DNA from: Candidatus Woesearchaeota archaeon
GTDB lineage: Archaea; Nanobdellota; Nanobdellia; Woesearchaeales; UBA9642
Direction: 5' to 3'
Assembly (NCBI GenBank): GCA_026002815.1
Contig: BPGB01000011.1
Coordinates: 2,280 to 26,279, forward strand
Length of the DNA: 24,000 bases
Part shown: positions 17,371 through 24,000 of the stretch, in pieces
How the letters are laid out: each line of letters opens with the position of its first letter
How positions within the stretch are numbered: position 1 is the stretch's first letter
The notes under the pieces: model-generated
What the model was told of the DNA's origin: nothing
The model's database searches: none
Seen by the model: the letters and a program-made list of their open reading frames with translations, nothing else
Position numbers and translations under genes: made by a program

Positions 17371-18735
17371 ATGGCAACATTACAATCAAACAAAGTTAGA
17401 ATTGATAAAATCCTGGTAGCTGATGGCAATGCTCCATTGGCTACTGCCGGAACAAAACTTTCAGCATTAACCACACATGGTAAATTGGGATTCTATAATC
17501 AATCAACCAATTTAGCAACAGTTCCTCTTTTTGAAACAGACCCTGTTATTTTTATTGCACAGGGACAGTCCACAACTAATCACACATATCCACTTACTCC
17601 AAGGCCACAGGAACGTTCTATGCCTATTGATGGAGAAAGAGTAGTAAGTGTATATAAAACAGCTTATTCTGCCCCAACCAATAATGTTTGGGTAATTGGG
17701 GATGCAAATGGACAAGCTGGTGAAATTAATGTGGCTGATGATACTACATATGAACTCACTATCAAATTTGATGGTCGTAGAGTTGATATTCTTAATGGAC
17801 GAAATCAACCAGCTATTTTTCCTCAATTTACTACCCCGGATTATTCATCTAATGGTCCGGCAACTGAAGTGTTACAGAGAGATCATTTAATACAAAATCT
17901 GGTGTTTGAAGTCCAACAGCAATCAGTTCTTAAGAGAGAATCAGGTGCTCAGATTGTAGTTCTTGCAGTTGCAGATTCTGCAAATACTGGAAATACATCT
18001 GGAATTACATTATCCGCAATAGCAGCTTCTCCTGCTGGTACAAGCTTTATTGTTGGTTATAATGCTGATGGTTCTGCTGTTAACTGGGTTCCTACAGCAT
18101 CTGAAAAACTTTCTATTACCAATGCAATAGCACAGATTGTAACAAATGGTGTACCTACTGGTCTTACAGGTGCAAATGAATTGGTACTTCCAGTAGTTAT
18201 AAATCCTCCGGCAGGTTCAACTGCTGCTGCTGCTATTTCAGCTGGAACAGCTGCTCTTGCTGGTACATCAACAAATGCTACATATATTCTTGTTATAGTA
18301 AGAGATGATAGTACAGCATTTTTTGACAGGATTCCTCAAACCAAAGTATCTGTTGATATTGGATTGAGGCAGGGATTTAATGTTAGTACAGTTCATATAT
18401 CTGAAGTAGAATATGCTTTTGAAGGAACTGGAGTAGGACGTCATTGGGCATTAGCCTACGATGAATCAGATGCATTAAGGAAATATGATACAAGCCAAGT
18501 ACCAGGAGAATATGCAATTCAATATCCTTCACCTGTAGACCCTACAGCAACTTATAATAGTTATACTATTACACATTCTTTGCCTGTAGTAACATCAGCA
18601 GGAACAGTTTCTTTAAATCCTTATGAAACTATAGTTTTAATTGAATCAGGAGATACTGTTACATCTGCAGATTTTGAAGACCAATTGAGAGGTTGGCTTG
18701 ATTCACTTCCTGTAGTTCCAGCTTATAATTTCTAA
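17371..18735 (+). CDS. Abundant-type major structural protein (alternative major capsid candidate)
   Basis: 454-aa ORF starting MATLQSNK. Its composition shifts to A/T/G/S/V-rich and K/E-poor, unlike neighbouring genes. The segment TYELTIKFDGRRVDILNGRNQPAIFPQF followed by ATEVLQRDHLIQNLVFEVQQQS resembles an E-loop hairpin plus spine helix of the HK97 fold. That is inference from pattern only. Confidence 0.45.
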   Translation: MATLQSNKVRIDKILVADGNAPLATAGTKLSALTTHGKLGFYNQSTNLATVPLFETDPVIFIAQGQSTTNHTYPLTPRPQERSMPIDGERVVSVYKTAYSAPTNNVWVIGDANGQAGEINVADDTTYELTIKFDGRRVDILNGRNQPAIFPQFTTPDYSSNGPATEVLQRDHLIQNLVFEVQQQSVLKRESGAQIVVLAVADSANTGNTSGITLSAIAASPAGTSFIVGYNADGSAVNWVPTASEKLSITNAIAQIVTNGVPTGLTGANELVLPVVINPPAGSTAAAAISAGTAALAGTSTNATYILVIVRDDSTAFFDRIPQTKVSVDIGLRQGFNVSTVHISEVEYAFEGTGVGRHWALAYDESDALRKYDTSQVPGEYAIQYPSPVDPTATYNSYTITHSLPVVTSAGTVSLNPYETIVLIESGDTVTSADFEDQLRGWLDSLPVVPAYNF

Positions 18736-18760
18736 TCATAAAAATTTAAAATTAAAACTA

Positions 18761-19165
18761 ATGAGTGTACGCAGATCTTCTGAGAAAACTTACATTTTCA
18801 AGTATGACGTTAGTGGTGGAGATAAAGCAACTGGGACAGTAACTCTTGGTTCACTTCCCAGTAACTTTGTAATCACACAGGCATGGATTCATGTTCTAAC
18901 TACATTTACTTCAGCTACAGATGCAGCTACTATAGCACTTGGTTATACAGGAGCTACAGATGCATTTGATGCTGCTATAGCAATTTCTAATGCATCAAAT
19001 CCTTGGGATGCAGGAGCACCAAGAACATCAGATGTTGCTGCAGATGGTGCGGTAGGTAATTTTGTTACTACAGCAGCTGGAGACGATGTTCTTGCAACAG
19101 TAGCTGTAGAAACCCTTACTGCAGGAAAACTGCTTCTGGTTATTAAAGGATATGTTGCATTTTAA
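18761..19165 (+). CDS. Small Ala/Thr-rich structural protein (possible capsid decoration/accessory)
   Basis: 134-aa ORF with the same skewed composition as the upstream gene. It is the last gene before a long non-coding gap and a terminator. Confidence 0.45.
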   Translation: MSVRRSSEKTYIFKYDVSGGDKATGTVTLGSLPSNFVITQAWIHVLTTFTSATDAATIALGYTGATDAFDAAIAISNASNPWDAGAPRTSDVAADGAVGNFVTTAAGDDVLATVAVETLTAGKLLLVIKGYVAF

Positions 19166-19412
19166 TTAACCAAGCAAACAGTACAACCCCGTAAGGTTAG
19201 TATTATAAAATAATAATAGAAATGGGTGCAAAAACAAGATACTTGCCTTTTGGTGTATTTGTTTCAAAACAAAAATCACCTAAGATTACTGATTTTAGAC
19301 ACAAATGGTATATATCAGGTGTAATAGAGATAACAACACCTGTAATGACTTAATAAAATGAATAAACTATAGCAGAACTCTAACTTTCATATTACTATTT
19401 AAAATTAAGAAG

Positions 19413-19449
19413 GGCAGAGTCTGTTTAAAATAACTCTGCCTTTTTATTT
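19413..19449 (+). terminator. Rho-independent terminator
   Basis: GGCAGAGT, a 12-nt loop, then ACTCTGCC (perfect 8-bp GC-containing stem), followed directly by TTTTTATTT. Confidence 0.7.
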
Positions 19450-19531
19450 ATATGGGGACAAAATCAGGAGCAAAAATGGAGAAGTTAAGAATAATTCTTA
19501 ATCTTCTCAAAAAAGTAGTTAAACAAATTCA

Positions 19532-20617
19532 ATGAGTTTAAATAAAAACCAGTGGACTAATCAGCAATCTGATGAAGTCAAAATACTGGATGATATTCTT
19601 AATTGGCTTAAAAAACTTAATACTGTTGTTGTATCAGGAGTATCCACTCAAATAGGCAGTCCTGTAATCAATGGTACTGCTGGTGCTATATTATTCATTG
19701 ATGGATCTGGTAATTTAGGACAAGATATAACAGACAATAATGGATTATCTAGAAATACATCAACTGGTAATGTTATTATAGGTGGTGCTCCTACTAATGC
19801 AACACATAAACTAACAGTATTAGAAACCGGTACTAATGTACTTTACATACAATCATCTCCTGAGGCAGGTGCAACAGCCAGAATAGAAGTAGGCAATGAC
19901 CTGTTTGGACAGACTGGTGATAATGGTATTGGGTATGCTTATCTTGCACAATCTGGAGATTTGTTAAGCACTGTTGTAGGCGAACAAAATGGTATAAATG
20001 TAATCAGGTCTGGATATGACAGTACAAATGGTGATTCACAAAACATAACTATTGCCACAGATTACGTACAAGTACTATCATTAGATACTGCTTTAGGTAA
20101 TATCCCTATAGGTGTTGCAGTTACAGATAAGACGTCTGATGGTGGAGTGGTTGTGCAAGGTAAAGGCACAGGCAATGAGGTTGCCTTTAGAGTTAAGCAA
20201 GGTTCATATCCTAATCTGTTCAATGGTAATGATGTATTTACAGTTACTTGTGATGGAAAGGTTACTGTATCTTCTTTGGCTGGCTCTGGTGATGGTGTGG
20301 TTGGGGTTGACAATTCCGGAGTATTAAATTTCACATCTTATCAAAGCATAGGGGCGAATCTTATTATAGATGATAATGATGCTAATATCTATACAAGGAA
20401 TGCCAATCCACTCAAATGGTTCATTTGCTACTATCGTGATTGGGCAAGGCGCATCTGGGGATACTCCTTCCATTGTTATTGGGCATTTTTCAGCAGGAGG
20501 ACAAAATTCTGTCGTTATAGGATCATTTGCAGGAGCAGCACGAAATGCTGTTGCAATTTTAGGACTTGCTCTGCTGAAAAATCAATTGCAATAATTGGGG
20601 ATAACTACTGCTCCTAA
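19532..20617 (+). CDS. Tail fibre protein, N-terminal portion (the reading frame becomes implausible after ~nt 20400)
   Basis: 361-aa ORF that is Gly/Thr/Asn/Val-rich and fibre-like up to ...GANLIIDDNDANIYT. The remaining ~70 aa (WFICYYRDWARRIWGYSFHCYW...) look out of frame, while frame 0 (20370-20594) reads fibre repeats. Confidence 0.6.
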   Translation: MSLNKNQWTNQQSDEVKILDDILNWLKKLNTVVVSGVSTQIGSPVINGTAGAILFIDGSGNLGQDITDNNGLSRNTSTGNVIIGGAPTNATHKLTVLETGTNVLYIQSSPEAGATARIEVGNDLFGQTGDNGIGYAYLAQSGDLLSTVVGEQNGINVIRSGYDSTNGDSQNITIATDYVQVLSLDTALGNIPIGVAVTDKTSDGGVVVQGKGTGNEVAFRVKQGSYPNLFNGNDVFTVTCDGKVTVSSLAGSGDGVVGVDNSGVLNFTSYQSIGANLIIDDNDANIYTRNANPLKWFICYYRDWARRIWGYSFHCYWAFFSRRTKFCRYRIICRSSTKCCCNFRTCSAEKSIAIIGDNYCS

Positions 20618-21245
20618 TCAAATGGTGGTAGGGTCTGATACAATTAATATAAATGACATATATTTTGGCAAAGGTGTTACGAATGAATCACCACAATCAT
20701 TTACCATAAATGCAACTGGTGGTAATGGTACAGATATATCTGGTGCATCAGCAATCATTGCAGGGGGTAAGGCAACAGGGATAGGCAATGGTGGTGATGT
20801 GAAGATTAGAACATCTGTGCCTGGAAGCTCTGGTTCAACGTTGCAATTATTAGGAGATAGGCTAAATATTAAAGGGAAGTATATTAATTTAATTAATTCA
20901 ACTCCTACAACAATTTCTACTGTCAATATTCCGGAGGGCACAGTCGCAGGTGGTAGTGTTAATTATACAATTGAGGCTACAGATGCGACAGACTTTCAGG
21001 CACTCACAGGCTCCGTCATTTGGAGTGCCGTCAACAAGGCAGGGGCACTTACAATAGCCTTTGATGATGACCAACAAACAAGTCCTGCGGTAACGATAGG
21101 TACGCTATCAAGTATTGCAACAGTTGTTGATGGTGGAGGTGGGAATTTAGAGATAAAGCTTACAGTAATAAGTTCATTAACTGGAGCAACAATAAGAGTG
21201 TCTTTTTTACATTGGAAGAATTTTGGAACAGGGGATATAGTATGA
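20595..21245 (+). CDS. Tail fibre protein, C-terminal portion (continuation of the 19532 gene after frame disruptions)
   Basis: Same frame as ORF 20370-20594, separated from it only by TAA 20592-20594. It reads ..TAPNQMVVGSDTININDIYFGKGVTNESPQSFTINATGGNGTDISGASAIIAGGKATGIGNGGDVKIRT.., which is fibre-like. The first ATG is at 20622. Confidence 0.6.
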   Translation: MGITTAPNQMVVGSDTININDIYFGKGVTNESPQSFTINATGGNGTDISGASAIIAGGKATGIGNGGDVKIRTSVPGSSGSTLQLLGDRLNIKGKYINLINSTPTTISTVNIPEGTVAGGSVNYTIEATDATDFQALTGSVIWSAVNKAGALTIAFDDDQQTSPAVTIGTLSSIATVVDGGGGNLEIKLTVISSLTGATIRVSFLHWKNFGTGDIV

Positions 21246-21323
21246 TAAAAGTTACAGAAGATGAAAACTATAGTACTAATTACAACAATAAATATTTAAA
21301 ATTCAGTACTAAAATTTAGATAA

Positions 21324-22433
21324 TTGACTAATTTAGATTTTAATATAATCTCAACCGGAGACTGTTCAAGAATAGAATTTCAAAACTGTAGTACTTACTG
21401 CATTGGTACATCATATACCCATGATTATCTCATTGGTTCTTGTTATGCAGTAGAAATACTTGGATTTACTTCAACTACAGCAAAGGTAAAATTATATAGT
21501 TTAGTACAAACATCTGGAACAGTTTCTACTTATTCATGGACATTTGGTACTACAACAATAACCACAGCAGATGCTACATTTAGTTTTCCACTAAATACCA
21601 TAAGCACAGTAACTCTTGTAGTAACAGATTCAAATGGATTAACCTCAACAAATACAATGAAGATAAATGTTGGGGCTGAAGGAGCAGATTTAAATTGGTT
21701 TGTATCACCATCAGTAAGTATTTCTCCTGGTCCAAATACAACACTATCAGTTTATTTTGCAAATAATTCATATGTAGAAACTACAACTGTAAACACTACT
21801 ACAGATTTGTTAGATTTTGGAGATTCTTCTACTACTACTATTATACCTGCATCTCACACATATACATCTACAGGTACTAAATCACTTGTATATAGTTTTG
21901 ATGAATCTATAGATGGAGAGTCAGTTAATGTGGAATTTCAATATAAGCTAACACCAACTACTACAGACTGTCAGAATCAATTAACAACAACTAATATTGA
22001 TAGTGTAGAATTACATATTACTGACCCTGATGGTATAACAGAAACTGTGGATATTACAAATTCATTTTTTAATGCTCCATTTTATATTTTACAAAAAGAT
22101 CTTAATAAAGTAAATTTTACAAATTCAGGTATATGGGAATTCCTTGTAGAAGTAATAAAAACAGATGGAAATACATATATATTTTCAAGGTGTAAAAAAA
22201 TAGTTATAATTTGTGATATTAAATGTAAGTATGATAAACTACTGTCTTCCAAAACTGGAATAGATAAAGATTGTGTTGACTGTGAAGAGATAACTCTTAA
22301 TCAAATATTTAATATAAGCATTTTTTTGTCTGCATTAAAAGATGATATTGCTTGTCTTGATACTGCTGCAATAAATAATAAAATTACAATATTGAAAGCT
22401 CTTGTAGCTAATACAGATTGTGATTGTTCATAA
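21324..22433 (+). CDS. PKD-domain-containing fibre/adhesin-like protein with Cys-rich termini
   Basis: 369-aa ORF. It has two PKD-like signatures (YSWTFGTTTITTADATFSFPLNTISTVTLVVTDSNGLTS and LLDFGDSSTTTIIPASHTYTSTGTKSLVYSF) and a Cys-rich C-terminus (CDIKCKY..CVDCEE..ACLD..TDCDCS). A TTG start directly follows an in-frame TAA, and the first ATG lies ~111 codons in. Confidence 0.55.
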   Translation: MTNLDFNIISTGDCSRIEFQNCSTYCIGTSYTHDYLIGSCYAVEILGFTSTTAKVKLYSLVQTSGTVSTYSWTFGTTTITTADATFSFPLNTISTVTLVVTDSNGLTSTNTMKINVGAEGADLNWFVSPSVSISPGPNTTLSVYFANNSYVETTTVNTTTDLLDFGDSSTTTIIPASHTYTSTGTKSLVYSFDESIDGESVNVEFQYKLTPTTTDCQNQLTTTNIDSVELHITDPDGITETVDITNSFFNAPFYILQKDLNKVNFTNSGIWEFLVEVIKTDGNTYIFSRCKKIVIICDIKCKYDKLLSSKTGIDKDCVDCEEITLNQIFNISIFLSALKDDIACLDTAAINNKITILKALVANTDCDCS

Positions 22434-22444
22434 ACTAAAACAAA

Positions 22445-23032
22445 ATGGCTTACTGCAATACTTGTAAATCTAATGATTGTAGCTGTAATACATATACTTT
22501 GCCAGGAGGTGCACCAGGACCTCAAGGACCTCAAGGACCTCCAGGACCTCCAGGACCAGCAGGAGCTACAATTTTATTTAATCGGGTAATAGATATTTCT
22601 ACTTCTACAACATCATGGGAAACACTTTATACATATACACTTACTGGTGGAACATTAGATGAGGAAGGTGATGTATTAATAATTACTGCTTTTTATAAAA
22701 CAAATGATAATACAGTAGGACCTGTTTATGATAAAAAAATAAGAATAAGATTCAATGGTGTAGACCCATTCAATGGACTTGAACCACCTTTTTTTGTTGG
22801 ACAAAATAAATTTATTTTAACTATAAAAATTAACAGGGTTACAAATACAACATTTACAGGTGAATATAGACTTATTTTTGACAATGGAATAGGTTCTATA
22901 GAAACATACTTTACAGGATTAAGTATTACCAATCTTGACAATGATTTGAATATAACAATAGAAGCAAATAGTTTTGTTGCAGGAGATATTACACTTGACC
23001 ATTTAAAAATAGAAAAAAGAGAAAAAGTATAA
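22445..23032 (+). CDS. Collagen-like repeat tail fibre protein
   Basis: 195-aa ORF with a Cys-rich N-terminus MAYCNTCKSNDCSCN, then GAPGPQGPQGPPGPPGPAGAT (seven G-X-Y triplets), then a beta-rich C-terminal domain. Confidence 0.7.
   Translation: MAYCNTCKSNDCSCNTYTLPGGAPGPQGPQGPPGPPGPAGATILFNRVIDISTSTTSWETLYTYTLTGGTLDEEGDVLIITAFYKTNDNTVGPVYDKKIRIRFNGVDPFNGLEPPFFVGQNKFILTIKINRVTNTTFTGEYRLIFDNGIGSIETYFTGLSITNLDNDLNITIEANSFVAGDITLDHLKIEKREKV
22508..22570 (+). repeat. G-X-Y collagen-like tract built from 9-bp tandem units
   Basis: GGACCTCAA x2 followed by GGACCTCCA x2, flanked by GGTGCACCA, GGACCAGCA and GGAGCTACA. Read directly from the sequence. Confidence 0.85.
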
Positions 23033-24000
23033 TGGCAGACTGGAAACCATTACAATCTATTGAGATAACAGGTGCAGGGACGAAGACTCTCACCTTATCT
23101 GATATTACAAAAATATACAGATTTTATACATCAGGAACTGTAAATATAAATGCAGGGCAAACTGTAGCAATTGTAACATCTGGTACACCCGTGTATGGAA
23201 ATAAAATAACTATCCTATGGGAATGTAATATTGTATTAGCAAATAGTGCAACAGCTGTAGTAGATTTCTTTTCTTCACTGTTCACTATAAAAGGAGATAA
23301 TTCAGGTACATTTTCATCAAATTATTCAACTACAAAAATGTTAATTGAATTATATTATGAGGGGGCTGCATGGAGGTATGTTATTAATCCTTCCTTTGAA
23401 GAAAACAATATAATAAGTACAGATAATATAAGAGATAATGCTATTACACAAGTAAAAATAGCTGATGACTCTGTAGGAATGGCAAAACTTAATTCTGAAG
23501 AATTTACAAGAGGAGATATAATTGTAGGTAATTCAAATGGTGATCCATCACTACTACCAATAGGGGCTTCTGCAACAATACTACAATCCAATGGTTCAGA
23601 CCCATCTTGGGTTACTGTTTCAGGAGATATAACTATTGCAACAGGTGGGGAAGTTACTATTGTTGCAGATAAAGTAGATAATAACAAACTTGCTAATATG
23701 CCAAGAGGTACAATTAAAGTTGGTGGTGTAGCTAATGCTCCTACTGACCTTGATGCTAAAAATCCAGGTTATATTCTTGTAGGAGATGGTACCGATATTA
23801 AATCTGTACCAATATCAGGGGATGCTACTTTAAGCCCAACAGGAGTACTTACTTTAACCTCAAACCCTCTTGATTTATATGATGAAAACCCTGATTCAAA
23901 TATTTCAAATACTGTTACTGGCTTAGATGCAGTAGCTATTGGAGAACAGAATACAGTTTCAGGAAATAATGCTGTAGCAATTGGATTAAATTCTACAGCA
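23032..24000 (+). CDS. Tail fibre protein, 3'-partial (runs off the window)
   Basis: Not in the ORF track because no stop is reached. ATG 23032 overlaps the upstream TAA (TAATG), and 323 codons are open to nt 24000. It contains fibre-type repeats: NIRDNAITQVKIADDSVGMAKLNS, VADKVDNNKLANMPRGTIKVGG, and GLDAVAIGEQNTVSGNNAVAIGLNSTA at the end. Confidence 0.7.
   Translation, partial: MADWKPLQSIEITGAGTKTLTLSDITKIYRFYTSGTVNINAGQTVAIVTSGTPVYGNKITILWECNIVLANSATAVVDFFSSLFTIKGDNSGTFSSNYSTTKMLIELYYEGAAWRYVINPSFEENNIISTDNIRDNAITQVKIADDSVGMAKLNSEEFTRGDIIVGNSNGDPSLLPIGASATILQSNGSDPSWVTVSGDITIATGGEVTIVADKVDNNKLANMPRGTIKVGGVANAPTDLDAKNPGYILVGDGTDIKSVPISGDATLSPTGVLTLTSNPLDLYDENPDSNISNTVTGLDAVAIGEQNTVSGNNAVAIGLNSTA

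Noticed and set aside
17512-17890. ORFs 17512-17826(-) and 17696-17890(+) inside the 454-aa gene. Comparable internal ORFs lie in terL and the portal (4110-4316, 4589-4846, 5367-5645, 5393-5617, 6628-6855, 7047-7262, 7310-7540, 8017-8211), and others at 97-355(-), 13428-13610(-) and 14701-14922(-).
   Set aside because: They are shadow ORFs nested in longer, better-supported genes, and their translations are low-complexity or hydrophobic nonsense.
20592-20594. Stop-codon reassignment (TAA read-through), suggested by in-frame TAA codons at 20592 and 21321 inside or ahead of fibre coding sequence
   Set aside because: Most genes in the window terminate cleanly at TAA under the standard code with tight gene packing. 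The interval 21243-21323 contains several different stops in frame. Local frameshifts or indels explain the fibre gene better.
20370-20594. Treating ORF 20370-20594 (74 aa) as an independent gene
   Set aside because: Its ATG codons sit in MIMML nonsense right after a stop, whereas the rest continues the fibre repeat pattern of the flanking ORFs. It is best read as an internal segment of one disrupted fibre gene.
20618-20941. 107-aa minus-strand ORF. Similar antisense or alternative-frame ORFs occur at 20062-20334(-), 20112-20327(+), 23355-23687(-), 22726-22941(-), 22301-22534(-) and 21580-21771(-).
   Set aside because: All lie inside fibre genes whose Gly/Thr/Ala codons leave other frames stop-free by chance. 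None has a motif or an independent start context.
19532-21245. Diversity-generating retroelement targeting of the disrupted fibre region
   Set aside because: No reverse transcriptase gene and no template-repeat copy of the 20370-20620 segment is visible anywhere in the window.
1-24000. CRISPR arrays, tRNA/rRNA genes, integrase/attachment sites
   Set aside because: I found no regularly spaced direct repeats, no cloverleaf-like GC-rich ~75-nt segments in the few intergenic gaps, and no recombinase motifs. The only mobile-element signatures are those at 8851-10156.

Overview
AT-rich, tightly packed window that is almost entirely plus-strand. It reads as the packaging, head-morphogenesis and tail-fibre module of a tailed dsDNA phage. 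No tape-measure gene or clear sheath/tube pair is visible, so it looks podovirus-like. TAnnTTTG promoter-like motifs hint at a Bacteroidota host, but that is inference only. Gene order: two small proteins; a 942-aa protein with two glycoside-hydrolase-like domains; a possible small terminase; TerL (Walker A GARSGGKS); a large portal with a charged C-terminal coiled coil; an 810-aa unknown protein; a 61-aa zinc-ribbon protein; an acidic scaffold-like protein; several large structural proteins including two capsid candidates; a clear rho-independent terminator; and a cluster of four or more fibre-like genes (one broken by frameshifts, one with PKD domains, one collagen-like, one running off the window). 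The standout is 8851-10156, between the portal and the 810-aa gene. It holds a dam methyltransferase gene cut off right after its SAM-binding motif, followed by a gutted IS200/IS605-type element. That element keeps both subterminal hairpins, a 28-codon tnpA 3' remnant on the minus strand and an ~85-codon tnpB 3' remnant. Its centre has been replaced by an intact GIY-YIG homing endonuclease gene with its own promoter-like motif. All functional calls rest on motif recognition by eye; no database search was possible.
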